A stretch of 64,000 nt of DNA from Candidatus Dormibacteria bacterium (GCA_051002895.1 JBPCLW010000047.1:2273-66272), one strand, 5' to 3'. Numbered from the stretch's first letter, positions 38,788-49,761 are shown. The notes: a model not told the origin generated them from the sequence alone. Made by a program: numbers and translations.

Positions 38788-39935
38788 CCCAACTCTCCGA
38801 CGCTCTGCCCCAGGCGAGGGTACGCGCGCTGAGCGCCGTCCCCCGCAAACCGATCAGCTTTCTCGACACCGACACGCAGATCCAGGCCGGTGATGTCGTG
38901 CTCGAGGTGAGCGGTCTGCGATCCCACTTCTTCACCAATGACGGCATCGTCAAGGCGGTGGATGGGGTCGATTTCCGGGTCCGGGCGGGCGAAACATTGG
39001 GCATCGTCGGTGAGTCCGGCTGCGGGAAGAGCCAGACGTCGCTCTCGATCATGCGGCTCCTGACCCGGCCGGGGCGCACTGTGGCGGGACGCATCAATTT
39101 CCGCGGCCACAACCTCCTCGAGCTCACCGACCGGCAGATGTTCGAACTCCGCGGCTCCGAGATCGCCATGATCTTTCAGGAACCGATGACGGCGCTGAAC
39201 CCGGTGTTCCGGGTCGGCGACCAGATTACCGAGGTGCTCCGCCAGCACACTTCTCTACGCGGTGACGCCTCGCGCAAGCGGGTCATCGAGCTCTTCGACA
39301 AGGTGCGCATTCCCTCGCCGGCGCAGCGCATCAGGGAGTACCCACACCAACTCTCCGGAGGCATGCGCCAGCGGGTGATGATCGCCATGGCGCTCGCCTG
39401 CAACCCCCGGTTGCTCATCGCTGACGAGCCCACCACCGCGCTCGACGTCACCATCCAGGCACAGATCCTCGCGCTGATCGAGGATCTCAAGCGCACCGAG
39501 AACATGGCGGTGGTGCTCATCACCCACGACCTTGGAGTCATCGCCGAGGCGGCCGATGACGTCACCGTGATGTACGCCGGCAAGGTGGTGGAGAGCGCCC
39601 CCGTCAAGGAACTCTTTGCCAGTCCCGAGCACCCCTACACCCAGGGGCTGCTCCGCTCCATCCCCACTCCCGAGCGGTTGGGGACGCGTCTCGACGCCAT
39701 CGCCGGAGTCGTACCCCATCCTCTCAACCTTCCGCCGGGATGCAGCTTTGCTCCGCGCTGTTCAAAGAAGTTCGAGCCCTGTGACAGCGCCTTTCCGCTG
39801 CTTGACCACACGTCACCGTCGCACCGCGTGGCCTGCTACCTGTACACCGATGAGCAATCGGAGCGGCGGTCTGACGGTGGTCCCGAGATCGATCCCAGCA
39901 GCCCGCTCGCCGAAGAGGTCGGCGCCACCGAATGA
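38784..39935 (+). CDS. ABC transporter ATP-binding protein, DppD/OppD type
   Basis: GESGCGKS Walker A, LSGGMRQR signature, C-terminal oligopeptide-ABC (Cys-cluster) region. Putative TTG start at 38784 overlapping the permease stop (ORF track places an earlier Met at 38625). Confidence 0.7.
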   Translation: MTQLSDALPQARVRALSAVPRKPISFLDTDTQIQAGDVVLEVSGLRSHFFTNDGIVKAVDGVDFRVRAGETLGIVGESGCGKSQTSLSIMRLLTRPGRTVAGRINFRGHNLLELTDRQMFELRGSEIAMIFQEPMTALNPVFRVGDQITEVLRQHTSLRGDASRKRVIELFDKVRIPSPAQRIREYPHQLSGGMRQRVMIAMALACNPRLLIADEPTTALDVTIQAQILALIEDLKRTENMAVVLITHDLGVIAEAADDVTVMYAGKVVESAPVKELFASPEHPYTQGLLRSIPTPERLGTRLDAIAGVVPHPLNLPPGCSFAPRCSKKFEPCDSAFPLLDHTSPSHRVACYLYTDEQSERRSDGGPEIDPSSPLAEEVGATE

Positions 39936-41407
39936 CGGAGCCGGTCATTTCCACCGCCCACACGCCCGACGTCCGTACTCGGCCGCCACTGCCGGCGGAG
40001 ATTCGTGCCATCCCCGCCTTCCTCGTCGCGCTCGTGGTCGTCGACCTGCTGCGCGATTTTGTGGGGCCGAGCCTCACCAACGGTGAAGTGCTGGCGGTGG
40101 GAGTAGCGATCATGGCAGTTCTCGTCAGTACAGGCTTCCTTACCTACACCCGCGGGATTCGGATGACGGTGAGAGTCCTCCTATTTGTCAACATCTTCCT
40201 GCTCTTCGCCAACCCGCTGGTGGGCCAGGGCCACTTTCAACTCACCTCGATTGCCGCACTGTTGCTCTCCGTCATTGTCCTCTACCTGCTGAGTGCCCAG
40301 AGCACCAAGGAGGCGTTCCGTCTCGCCGCCTCGGGCGGAGCACCCATCCGCATCAGAGTCGAACCGCAGCTGCCGCAAGGAGGTGCTTCGGCACAGCGTG
40401 AGGTCCTGTACAGCGTCCGCGGTCTCACCAAGCACTTCCCGGTCAAGGGCGGTCTGCTGGGCACCACGGTCAACGAGGTCCAGGCTGTCACTGACATCAG
40501 CTTCGACATCTACCGCGGCGAAACCATCGGTCTGGTCGGCGAGTCCGGCTGCGGCAAGACCACCACCGGCCGTCTGCTCCTTCGGCTCCTCGAGGCCACG
40601 CGTGGGCAACTCATCTTCGACGGCCGCGACATCCGTCGGCTCACCCACCTGGAGCTGAAGCCCTACCGCGCCAAGATGCAGATCATCTTCCAGGACCCCT
40701 ATGCATCGCTGAATCCGCGGCTCCCTGTCGGCGACATCATCGGAGAGGGGTTGTACAACTTTGGCGTGCGCAGCGCCGCAGAGCGAGAGCGCCGCGTCGC
40801 CGCGATGCTCGACATCGTGGGGCTGCGAAAGTACTACATCAACCGCTATCCCCACGAGTTCAGCGGCGGTCAGCGCCAGCGCATCGGCATCGCTCGTGCG
40901 CTCATCCTCAAGCCCTCGTTCGTCATCGCCGACGAGCCGGTATCGGCTCTCGACGTCTCCATCCAGGCGCAGGTTCTCAACCTCCTCAAGGACCTGCAGG
41001 ACGAGTTCAAGCTGACCTACGTCTTCATCTCTCACAACCTCTCGGTCGTGCAGCATGTCAGCGACCGCGTTGGCGTCATGTACCTCGGCAAGCTGGCGGA
41101 ACTCGCCGATTCCACCGAGCTATACGCGCATCCCAAGCACCCCTATACCCAAGCGCTGCTCAGTGCCATCCCCATCCCCGATCCACAGCTTCGCCGCGAG
41201 CGCATCCTCCTCGACGGTGATGTGCCCTCGCCGATCGATCCGCCCAGCGGGTGCAGGTTCCACACCCGCTGCCCGATTGCCCAAGCTGAGTGCACGTCAG
41301 CGGAGCCGGTCTTCGAGGCCAAGGGGGGAAACCCCCGACACCTGGCGGCCTGCCACTTCGCTGAGAGCAGCGCCGCGAGGGAGCTAGAGGCCAAGACCGC
41401 CCTCTAG
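39932..41407 (+). CDS. ABC transporter ATP-binding protein, DppF/OppF type, with a ~160-aa N-terminal polytopic membrane extension
   Basis: ATG overlaps the upstream TGA (ATGA). Four predicted TM helices precede the NBD ([26 protein letters not shown]). No in-frame start lies near the NBD, so the fusion appears genuine. Confidence 0.65.
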   Translation: MTEPVISTAHTPDVRTRPPLPAEIRAIPAFLVALVVVDLLRDFVGPSLTNGEVLAVGVAIMAVLVSTGFLTYTRGIRMTVRVLLFVNIFLLFANPLVGQGHFQLTSIAALLLSVIVLYLLSAQSTKEAFRLAASGGAPIRIRVEPQLPQGGASAQREVLYSVRGLTKHFPVKGGLLGTTVNEVQAVTDISFDIYRGETIGLVGESGCGKTTTGRLLLRLLEATRGQLIFDGRDIRRLTHLELKPYRAKMQIIFQDPYASLNPRLPVGDIIGEGLYNFGVRSAAERERRVAAMLDIVGLRKYYINRYPHEFSGGQRQRIGIARALILKPSFVIADEPVSALDVSIQAQVLNLLKDLQDEFKLTYVFISHNLSVVQHVSDRVGVMYLGKLAELADSTELYAHPKHPYTQALLSAIPIPDPQLRRERILLDGDVPSPIDPPSGCRFHTRCPIAQAECTSAEPVFEAKGGNPRHLAACHFAESSAARELEAKTAL

Positions 41408-41410
41408 GCA

Positions 41411-43192
41411 ATGCACGATTCCCCCGTGCCGACACGACGATCACTGATCGGGCCGGCAGCCGCCATCGTCGCCTACGAGAATGTCGTCACCGTGATCACC
41501 GGTGGAGAGCTCTTCACCTCGGGGTTGGCGGCTCTGACGATCTCGGCGGTGCTGATCGTGGCGATGATTTTCTGGTCGAGTCGCTGCCGTCTCACATTGG
41601 CCGAGATTGGAATCAGCCGAAATGGTGCCCTGCGTGGTGCGGCAATCGGCGTGGGAGTGGGAGCTCTGATGGCGATTCCTGTGCTCCTCCTCTCGCACAG
41701 CAATTCTCTGACTCCCAGATCCGTTCGATCGCGCACAATCCACCGTGTGCACGACCTCATCGACCGTGTCCTCGACCTCGCCAACGGCTCGGGTGCCGGC
41801 TACGCGGACTGCCGGGTGGTGGAACGAACCGTACAGCACTGCGCCGTCAAGGACGGTGCCGTTGCCGAGGTGAACAGCTTCGAGGACAGCGGTGTCGGAG
41901 TGCGCGTCGTTGTCGATGGTGGCTGGGGCTTCGCCAGCACCGACCGCGTCGATGCCGCCGGCGTCACCGCGATGGTTGTGAGCGCCGTGCGTATCGCCCG
42001 AGCCTCGGCCCGGGTGCGGCACGAGCCGGTGCGTCTCGCTCCCACGCCCGTTGTCCAGGGGCGCTACGAAACGCCTGTGAACCGCGACCCTTTCAGCGTG
42101 AGCATCGGCGACAAGCTTGGCCTGCTCATGGACTGCGACGCGGCCATGTCCGGGATCACCGGTATCAGCACTCGTCAGGCGAGCGTGGAGTGCGTCCGCG
42201 AGACGCGCTACTTCGGTAATTCCGAGGGAACTCGCACCGAGCAGGTCATCATCGAATCGGGAGGCGGCCTCGACGCCACCGCCACCAGCACTGACGAGGT
42301 GCAGACACGGAGTTACCCCAACAGCTTCGGGCGCCATCAGCTCTGCGCTGGCTGGGAGGCCGTCGAGGCCATGGCACTCGCTGAGAACGCCGAGGCGATC
42401 GCCCACGAGGCGGTGGCCCTGCTCACTGCAGAACCGTGTCCCACGGGAAGGATGACGCTCATCCTCGACCCCACCCAGGCCGCTCTGCAGGTGCACGAGA
42501 GCTGCGGTCATCCCACCGAGCTCGACCGAGCCCTCGGCGATGAGGCCGCTTACGCGGGCACCTCATTCCTGGAACCACCGATGCTGGACTCCTTCCGCTA
42601 CGGCAGTGAGGCCGTGACCATCACCGCCGACGCCACGCGGGCCACCGGGCTGGGCACCTTCGGATGGGACGACGAGGGCGTGGCGGCCCAGCGCACCACG
42701 CTTGTTGATCGTGGACTGTTCACCGGCTATATGACCTCGCGAGAGACGGCGGCACGATTCGAGCAGCCCTCCAACGGCACCATGCGCGCCGAGGCATGGA
42801 ACCGCATTCCCCTGATTCGCATGACCAACGTCAACCTCGAGGCAGGCGACTCCTCTCTCGAGGAGATGGTCGCCAGCACCGAGCGGGGCGTGTATCTGCA
42901 GACCAACCGCTCCTGGTCGATCGACGATCGTCGCCTCAACTTCCAGTTCGGCACCCAGAATGGCTGGGAAATCCGCGATGGCAAGCGCGTGCGCTTGGTC
43001 AAGAACGCCCTCTACAGCGGCCGGACCCCGGACTTCTGGAACAGTTGCGACGCCGTCGCCGGTCCCGCCGAATGGTCGATGTGGGGGGTGGTGAACTGCG
43101 GCAAGGGCCAACCCGGTCAGGTCCTCCATGTCGGCCACGGCGCGGCATCCTGCCGCTTCCAGAACGTGGCTATCACCGGCGCTCGCGGATGA
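41411..43192 (+). CDS. tldD: TldD family metalloprotease, with a hydrophobic ~100-aa N-terminal region
   Basis: HESCGH motif and TldD/PmbA fold. The ATG is 3 nt after the upstream stop; an alternative GTG start lies at ~41747. Confidence 0.75.
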   Translation: MHDSPVPTRRSLIGPAAAIVAYENVVTVITGGELFTSGLAALTISAVLIVAMIFWSSRCRLTLAEIGISRNGALRGAAIGVGVGALMAIPVLLLSHSNSLTPRSVRSRTIHRVHDLIDRVLDLANGSGAGYADCRVVERTVQHCAVKDGAVAEVNSFEDSGVGVRVVVDGGWGFASTDRVDAAGVTAMVVSAVRIARASARVRHEPVRLAPTPVVQGRYETPVNRDPFSVSIGDKLGLLMDCDAAMSGITGISTRQASVECVRETRYFGNSEGTRTEQVIIESGGGLDATATSTDEVQTRSYPNSFGRHQLCAGWEAVEAMALAENAEAIAHEAVALLTAEPCPTGRMTLILDPTQAALQVHESCGHPTELDRALGDEAAYAGTSFLEPPMLDSFRYGSEAVTITADATRATGLGTFGWDDEGVAAQRTTLVDRGLFTGYMTSRETAARFEQPSNGTMRAEAWNRIPLIRMTNVNLEAGDSSLEEMVASTERGVYLQTNRSWSIDDRRLNFQFGTQNGWEIRDGKRVRLVKNALYSGRTPDFWNSCDAVAGPAEWSMWGVVNCGKGQPGQVLHVGHGAASCRFQNVAITGARG

Positions 43193-44508
43193 GTGCCGAT
43201 GTCGACGAGCTCCTCTCACTCGCCGATCGCCTTCTCCTCGAGGCGGGTGCTGAGGGCGCGGAGGTTCGCGCCGTCGCCCACCGCAGTGGGCTCACTCGCT
43301 TCGCCCGTAACCAGATTCATCAGAACGTTGCCGAGGAGCAGGTGTCGCTGCGCCTGCGTCTGGTGCGCGATGGCCGGGTGGGGGTTGCTGCGACACGCGG
43401 GCAGACCGACATCGCTCGCCTGGTGGAGGCGGCCGACGCGGCACGGCTGCGCTCTCCCGCGGCCGAGGTGGCCCCGCTACCGTCCCCGCAGGAAGAGACC
43501 CCCGTCGCTGCGGCGTTCGCGGACTCCACCGCCGCAGCAACGCCGGAATGGCGAGCCGATCAGGTTGCGGTGATTGCCGCTGCGGCATCGGCTGCGGGCA
43601 TCGAGTCCTTCGGCGCCCTGGAGACAGCCGCCACCGCCACCTGCGTGGTGAACGGTCGGGGACTGCGCCGCCATGCCCGCACCACGTCAGTACGGCTCTC
43701 CACCGTGTGTCGCGGTGCTGACGGCGGGGGCTATGCCGATCGCTGCGCAGCGGACATCGAGAACATTGATTCCGCCGGTTGCGCCGGGGAGGTTGTGACA
43801 ACGACCCTGCGCAACCAGGCCGCGATGTCGCTCGAGCCAGGCATTCTTCCGGTGGTGCTCGCGCCGTATGCAATCGCTGAATTGGTCGGGCACCTCTCCG
43901 ACATGGGCTTCAGTGCTCTCGCTGCGCAGGAGCAGCGCAGCTTCATGCGTCCCGGAGAACGCCTCGTCGCGATCCCCATCAGCATCAGCGACGACGCCAC
44001 CGCGAGCGAGGGCATGCCCTTTCCCTTCGACGACGAGGGGGTGACGGCACGACCGGTCACCTGCATCGAGAGGGGGGTCTGTCGGGACCACCTCCACGAT
44101 AGCGCCACCGCGCTGCGTGCCGGGGTTGGCTCGACCGGCCATGCACTCCCGATGCCGAATACCTGGGGGCCATATGGCCGCCACTTGGTGATGGCTCCAG
44201 GGACGGCGAGCCTCGAGGAGATGATCTCCTCGTGCGAGCGCGGGCTTCTCGTCACCCGGTTCTGGTACGTGCGCAATGTGCACGTCCTCCGCACCACAAT
44301 CACCGGCATGACCCGCGAGGGCACCTTCCTCATCGAGAACGGCCGCATCGTCCGACCGGTGCGCGACCTCCGTTTCACCCAGAGCATCATCGACGCACTG
44401 AACGACGTCCGCGCGGTGGGACGCGAGCGGTCACTGCATGTCGAGGAGGGCGGCCGCGCGCTTCTCGTGCCCGCTCTGCATCTCGGGCACTTCGAGTTCA
44501 CTTCCTGA
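43189..44508 (+). CDS. pmbA: TldE/PmbA family protein (TldD partner)
   Basis: ATG overlaps the tldD TGA; 439 aa with PmbA-like C-terminal fold. The ORF-track entry 42796..44508 includes an out-of-frame 5' extension. Confidence 0.75.
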   Translation: MSADVDELLSLADRLLLEAGAEGAEVRAVAHRSGLTRFARNQIHQNVAEEQVSLRLRLVRDGRVGVAATRGQTDIARLVEAADAARLRSPAAEVAPLPSPQEETPVAAAFADSTAAATPEWRADQVAVIAAAASAAGIESFGALETAATATCVVNGRGLRRHARTTSVRLSTVCRGADGGGYADRCAADIENIDSAGCAGEVVTTTLRNQAAMSLEPGILPVVLAPYAIAELVGHLSDMGFSALAAQEQRSFMRPGERLVAIPISISDDATASEGMPFPFDDEGVTARPVTCIERGVCRDHLHDSATALRAGVGSTGHALPMPNTWGPYGRHLVMAPGTASLEEMISSCERGLLVTRFWYVRNVHVLRTTITGMTREGTFLIENGRIVRPVRDLRFTQSIIDALNDVRAVGRERSLHVEEGGRALLVPALHLGHFEFTS

Positions 44509-44600
44509 GCGAGGAGCGGGAGAGGAAAATCCCCGAACGGGTGTACCGGATGCGTCGACGACGTCGTTCTCCCCGCTGCTATGGTGGACGGGGATCGGCC

Positions 44601-45785
44601 ATGGAGCACAGGACAGAGATGCAGGACGTCGTCATCGTTGAAGCGGTACGCACCCCTCTGGGGCGCGGCAACCAGAAGAACGGAGATCTGCGGGACGTGC
44701 ATCCCGTGGTCATCGGAGCCCACGTCCTGCGTGAGGTGACTGGGCGGGTGAACCTCGACCCAGCCCTGGTGGATGACGTCATCTTTGGCTGCGTTTCGCA
44801 GACTGGTGAGCAATCCATCAACATCGCCCGCCAGGCGACACTCCTTGCAGGGTTCCCCGTCGAGGTCCCCGCCACCACTGTTGACCGGCAGTGCGGGAGC
44901 TCCCAGCAGGCGATTCACTTCGCTGCCAACCTCATCCAGAGCGGTGTATGCGACATCACCGTCGCCGCCGGTGTGGAGTCGATGAGCCGTATCCCCATGG
45001 GAAGCACCGTCTTCCAGGGCCCCGGCGCGCCGTTCCCGCCGGAGTTGCTCGAGCACTACAACCTGGTGTCGCAGGGAGTAGCCTGCGAGATGATTGCTGA
45101 GCAGTGGAAGATCAGTCGCGAGGAGGCCGACGAGTTCGCCGCCGAGTCGCAGCGCCGGGCGGCCCAGGCGCAGTCCGAGGGACGCTTCGATCGCGAGATC
45201 GCACCCATCGTCGTCGGTGACAACGGTGACGGTCGCGTGGTCTCGCAGGACCAGGGAATCCGGCCGGGTACCACCATGGAGTCGCTCGGTGGGCTGCAGC
45301 CGTCGTTCAAGGCCGACGGTGTTCTCCATGCGGGGAACAGTTCCCAGATCACCGACGGCGCCGCAGCCGTGCTCCTCATGTCGCGTCAGAAGGCCGCCGA
45401 ACTAGGTCTCTGCGCCCGCGCCGTCATTCGCGCCCAGGCGGTTGTCGGCGTGGACCCCGTGACCATGCTCACCGGTCCGATCCCCGCCACCACCAAGGTG
45501 CTGAAGCAGGCCGGTATCATTCTCTCCGACGTCGACCGCGTCGAGATCAACGAAGCGTTCGCGCCCGTCGTACTCGCCTGGAAGCGCGAGCACAACCCGG
45601 ACATGGAGCGCGTCAACGTCAACGGTGGTGCCATTGCCCTCGGTCACCCCCTCGGCGCATCGGGTGCTCGTCTCATGGCCACGCTGCTCCATGAGCTGGA
45701 AAGGAGCGACCGCCAGATCGGTCTCCAGACCATGTGCTGCGGTGGCGGTCTGGGAACTGCAACGGTCATCGACCGCACCGTCTGA
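44601..45785 (+). CDS. acetyl-CoA C-acetyltransferase (thiolase)
   Basis: DVVIVEAVRTPLGR...CGSSQQAI (active-site Cys)...NVNGGAIALGHPLGASGARL...CGGGG thiolase signatures. ATG at 44601 (GGGGA upstream); the ORF-track extension from 44232 is rejected. Confidence 0.85.
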   Translation: MEHRTEMQDVVIVEAVRTPLGRGNQKNGDLRDVHPVVIGAHVLREVTGRVNLDPALVDDVIFGCVSQTGEQSINIARQATLLAGFPVEVPATTVDRQCGSSQQAIHFAANLIQSGVCDITVAAGVESMSRIPMGSTVFQGPGAPFPPELLEHYNLVSQGVACEMIAEQWKISREEADEFAAESQRRAAQAQSEGRFDREIAPIVVGDNGDGRVVSQDQGIRPGTTMESLGGLQPSFKADGVLHAGNSSQITDGAAAVLLMSRQKAAELGLCARAVIRAQAVVGVDPVTMLTGPIPATTKVLKQAGIILSDVDRVEINEAFAPVVLAWKREHNPDMERVNVNGGAIALGHPLGASGARLMATLLHELERSDRQIGLQTMCCGGGLGTATVIDRTV

Positions 45786-48700
45786 TCAGCCGACCGGCTC
45801 GGGTTCCGGTGCACCCCGCAACTCCGCCATCATCTCGTCGAACCGACCGGAGTACACCGCGAAGTAGCGCGCCTCGGGGTGGTGGAGCGTGATCGCGGCG
45901 GTGGACTGCTCGGGGACGAGCTGAAAGCCCTCGGTGAGCTCGACACCAATGCGGTCGGCAGGGACGATCTGAAAGAACGTCTCGTGGTCCTCAAGGTCGG
46001 GGCACGCGGGGTATCCCCACGAGTAGCGCCGGCCCTGGTCGGGACCGAGCTTCAGTTCGCGGCGGATGTGCGTATGGATGTACTCCGCCGTCGCCTCCGC
46101 CATCTGCGTGGCGAAGCCGTGAACCCGGAGCATGTCGTCGTACGCGCCCTCGCGCTGCAGCCGATTGCTCAGTTCACTTGCATGCGGTCCGGCCGTCACC
46201 ACCTGCAGAGCGATGACGTCGCGCTCGCCGGCTGCGACCTCGGTGCGGGGACGTATGTAGTCGGCGAGGCAGAGACGGTTCTGCTCGGTCTGGCGCGGGA
46301 AGCGGAAGCGCCCAATCTCGCGATCGTGATCCTCGGGGTTGAAGACGACGATGTCGTTACCCTCGGCCAGCGCCGGCCAGTAGCCATATACCGCCTGGAG
46401 GTCGAGCCAGCGGTCGCGCTGTGCCTCGCGCATGGAGCGTTCCAGTCGTGGTTCGAGCTCGGTAGCGACAAGCTCTTCCCATCGGGTCTTGTCGTGGACT
46501 CCTTTGAACTGCCACGACATCTTGAAGAGTGAATTGCGGTCAATGTGGGAATACACGGCCTGGGGACTGATGCCACTCACCACCTGGGCGCCCCAGAACG
46601 GCGGTTGCGGGATGGACACATCAGTGCGGGTGTCGCTGCGCGCAGGTGGTGAGACAGCGTCGCCACCTGACGTGGCGGCGGCAGATGCGGCGGCCTTCTC
46701 CTGCTCCCGCTCTTGGTGGAGCCGCCCCTCGCTGCGGATGCGCTCAACCAGGGGGTTGCGACGCTGCGGGTCGACGAGTTGGTCGCAGGTGTCCAGACCC
46801 TCGAACGCATCCTTGCAGTAGAAGACGCCGGGGTCATAGGGATTCTCGGCGTCAATGAAGAGGATGCGGCGCCCGAAGCCGCGATTGATTGCGGCACCGC
46901 CGATGATGACCGGGTAGCGCAACCGACGACGCTCCAACTCCTGGAGCATGAGTGGCATCTGCTTGCTCGTCGACACCAGCAATGCAGAGAGCCCGATGAC
47001 GTCGGCCTCCACCTCGATGGCCTTCTCGATGATGGTGGTGAGGGGCACCTGCTTGCCGAGGTCGTGGACCGTGTAGCCATTGTTGGTGAGGATCGTGTTC
47101 ACCAGGTTCTTGCCGATGTCGTGCACGTCACCAAAGACCGTGGCGAGGACCACACGCCCCTTGGTCTGACCATCCTTCTTCTCGAGGAACTGCTCCACGT
47201 GGGCGACGGCGCGCTTCATCACCTCGGCGGACTGGAGCACGTACGGCAGGATCAGTTCGCCGGCCCCAAAGCGATCGCCGACATCTTTCATGGCCGGGAG
47301 CAGAACCTCGTTGAGGACAGCGACCGGGGTGCGCTCGAGCAGGACGAGGTCGATCTGTTCCTCGATGCCGTCCTTCTTGCGCAGGAGGATCTGCTGGTGA
47401 ATGCGCTGTGCGGGGTCGAGGCCGGCCAAGGGATCCTCGCGCTGGGCAACGCCGATCTCTCCCGTCCGCCCCTCGAAGTGCTCGATGAGCGCGGTGAGTG
47501 CGTTCTCGCCGCGGTTGAAGATGAGGTCCTCGGTGAGGTCGCGTTCTGCCTGGGGGATCTCGGCATACGGCGCCACGTGGACGGGGTTGATGATCGCGGT
47601 GTCGAGCCCCGCCTCGACGCAGTGATGGAGGAAGACGGAGTTGATGACCGCCCGCGCGTGCGGTTTGAGTCCGAAGCTGACATTGCTGACACCCAGGCAG
47701 GTGTGCACGCCGGGCAGCTCCTGCTTGATAAGGCGGATGCCCTCGATGGTCTCCACCGCGGAATCGATCCACTCCTTGTCGCCGGTGGCGAGAGTGAACG
47801 TCAGCGCGTCGAAGAGGATCTGCTCCGGCCGCACGCCGAATTCGTCGGCGATGGCTACGATGCGACGGGCGATCTCCAGCTTGCGCTCGCGCGTCTTCGC
47901 CATCCCCGCCTCGTCGATGGTGAGCGCGATGACCGTCTGGCCATGGTCGCGCACCAGGGGGAGAACCGCCTCGCAACGGGTGCGGCCATTCTCCAGGTTG
48001 ACGGAGTTGACGATCCCCCGCCCGGGATAGCTCTCCAGCGCCTCGCGGACGACATCGGCGTCGGTGGAGTCGAAGACGAGCGGGGTGTCGACGCTCATCT
48101 GCAGGGTCTTGACGACGTGGTGCATCTGCTCGGCCTCATCGACCCGCTCGGTGAGAGCGACACAGACGTCGAGGGCGTGGGCACCACCCTCGACCTGGTG
48201 GCGACCAACGCCGAGGATGCCCTGATAGTCGTCGTTGAGGAGGAACTCCTTGATCCTGCGCGATCCCTGCGAGTTGACCCGCTCGCCGATCAGCAATGGC
48301 GCCGGCTGCTGCTCGAGGTCGACAGCGCGCATGCTGCTCGCCAGCCGCGGACGCAGGTCGGGGCGCCGTGGCAGCGGCGCGCGGATGCCAATGCGCTCGC
48401 GCAGCGCGGTGATGTGCGCCGGGGTGGTGCCGCAGCAACCACCGACGATTCCCACACCGAACTCGGCGACGAACTCGAGGAGCTGGTCCGCCATGGGATT
48501 GGGCTCAAGCGGGAAGTGGGCGCGGCCCCCGACGTTCAGAGGCAACCCGGCGTTGGGAATGCAGGCAATCGGCACCGGAGAGTTCTCACCGAGGTAGCGG
48601 ATGGCGTCGCGCATGTGCTCGGGACCGGTGGAGCAATTCAGCCCGATGATGTCGACGCGCAGTCCGTCGAGCGTGGCTGTGACCGCCCCGATCTCGGTGC

Positions 48701-49343
48701 CGAGAAGCATGCGCCCGCTGACATCGAGCGATACCTGCGCCTGGATGGGAACCCAGCGGCCGGTGATGTCGATGGCCCTCCGGGCCCCGAAGATCGCCGC
48801 CTTGGTCTCCAAGAGATCCTGCTGGGTCTCGATGACGAGCACGTCGCTGCCTCCCTCGATGAGGCCCTGACACTGCTCGGCAAAGGCATCGACGAGGGCA
48901 GGGAAACGGATGCGCCCGAGTGAGGGATCGCTCGACGCCGGGAGATTGCCGGTGGGACCAATGGATCCGGCCACGAATCGCGGTTGCTCTGCTGTGGAGA
49001 CGGTGTCACAGGCCTCTCGGGCAATCTCCGCGCCCCGGCGGTTGAGCTCGAGGGTGCGATCAGCCTGACCCCACTCCTCGAGGCGCAGCCGGGTGGCCTG
49101 GAAGGTGCAGGTCTCCACGGCGTCAGCCCCGGCACTGAGCATCGTTCGATGGATCTCCCGGACGATGTCCGGGCTGTGGAGGACGAGTCCGTCGATCCAC
49201 CCGTCGAGGGACGTGCCGCCGAACTGGTGGGAGTTGGGCTCCAAGCTTTGGACGCTCGTTCCCATGGCGCCATCGAAGACGAGGACGCGCTCTCGCAGAG
49301 CCTCCAGATAGGCGGATCCGGTGTCGGATGTGGTTCGACCCAT
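45786..49343 (-). CDS. metH: cobalamin-dependent methionine synthase
   Basis: Hcy-binding, pterin-binding, B12-binding (DVHDIGKN) and AdoMet activation domains. Start at the ATG at 49343 ([29 protein letters not shown]); the ORF-track extension to 49610 is rejected. Confidence 0.9.
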   Translation of the reverse strand: MGRTTSDTGSAYLEALRERVLVFDGAMGTSVQSLEPNSHQFGGTSLDGWIDGLVLHSPDIVREIHRTMLSAGADAVETCTFQATRLRLEEWGQADRTLELNRRGAEIAREACDTVSTAEQPRFVAGSIGPTGNLPASSDPSLGRIRFPALVDAFAEQCQGLIEGGSDVLVIETQQDLLETKAAIFGARRAIDITGRWVPIQAQVSLDVSGRMLLGTEIGAVTATLDGLRVDIIGLNCSTGPEHMRDAIRYLGENSPVPIACIPNAGLPLNVGGRAHFPLEPNPMADQLLEFVAEFGVGIVGGCCGTTPAHITALRERIGIRAPLPRRPDLRPRLASSMRAVDLEQQPAPLLIGERVNSQGSRRIKEFLLNDDYQGILGVGRHQVEGGAHALDVCVALTERVDEAEQMHHVVKTLQMSVDTPLVFDSTDADVVREALESYPGRGIVNSVNLENGRTRCEAVLPLVRDHGQTVIALTIDEAGMAKTRERKLEIARRIVAIADEFGVRPEQILFDALTFTLATGDKEWIDSAVETIEGIRLIKQELPGVHTCLGVSNVSFGLKPHARAVINSVFLHHCVEAGLDTAIINPVHVAPYAEIPQAERDLTEDLIFNRGENALTALIEHFEGRTGEIGVAQREDPLAGLDPAQRIHQQILLRKKDGIEEQIDLVLLERTPVAVLNEVLLPAMKDVGDRFGAGELILPYVLQSAEVMKRAVAHVEQFLEKKDGQTKGRVVLATVFGDVHDIGKNLVNTILTNNGYTVHDLGKQVPLTTIIEKAIEVEADVIGLSALLVSTSKQMPLMLQELERRRLRYPVIIGGAAINRGFGRRILFIDAENPYDPGVFYCKDAFEGLDTCDQLVDPQRRNPLVERIRSEGRLHQEREQEKAAASAAATSGGDAVSPPARSDTRTDVSIPQPPFWGAQVVSGISPQAVYSHIDRNSLFKMSWQFKGVHDKTRWEELVATELEPRLERSMREAQRDRWLDLQAVYGYWPALAEGNDIVVFNPEDHDREIGRFRFPRQTEQNRLCLADYIRPRTEVAAGERDVIALQVVTAGPHASELSNRLQREGAYDDMLRVHGFATQMAEATAEYIHTHIRRELKLGPDQGRRYSWGYPACPDLEDHETFFQIVPADRIGVELTEGFQLVPEQSTAAITLHHPEARYFAVYSGRFDEMMAELRGAPEPEPVG

Positions 49344-49566
49344 GCTTCTCACTTCTCTCTCGCTGCCGCCCATTCCGGGCTCGGATCCGGGCCTGCGTGC
49401 TACTCTCGGCAGCCGGCAGCGAGTACGGAATCCCGTTGCAGACACTATAGAGGAGAACCCCTTGGCGCGACGTCCACCTCGTCCCGGCGGTCGTCGCCGC
49501 CCGCCCACACGACGGGCACCGAGTGACGACTCCACCAAGGTTGCCGTCAAGGAAGAGACCATCGAA

Positions 49567-49761
49567 ATGGACGCCGTCGTCGTCGAGCCGCTCCCCAACG
49601 CGATGTTCAAGGTGAAGCTCCAGACCGGCCAGGATGTCCTCGCCTACACCTCGGGAAAGATGCGCAAGTTCTACATCCGCATCCTCATTGGTGACCGTGT
49701 TCGAGTGGAACTCAGCCCCTACGACCTTTCCCGCGGGCGCATCACCTTTCGCTACAAGTAG
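49567..49761 (+). CDS. infA: translation initiation factor IF-1
   Basis: [60 protein letters not shown] closely matches bacterial IF-1; the ATG is preceded by AAGGAAGAG. Confidence 0.75.
   Translation: MDAVVVEPLPNAMFKVKLQTGQDVLAYTSGKMRKFYIRILIGDRVRVELSPYDLSRGRITFRYK

Noticed and set aside
42796-43188. 5' part of ORF 42796..44508
   Set aside because: Out-of-frame read-through across the tldD 3' end. PmbA homology and the ATGA-coupled start begin at 43189.
46713-48923. 736-aa plus-strand ORF
   Set aside because: Antisense to metH; GC-frame artefact.
49344-49610. 89-aa N-terminal extension of metH in the ORF track
   Set aside because: Conserved MetH N-terminus (Hcy-binding domain) starts at the ATG at 49343. 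The extension would read through the divergent promoter region.
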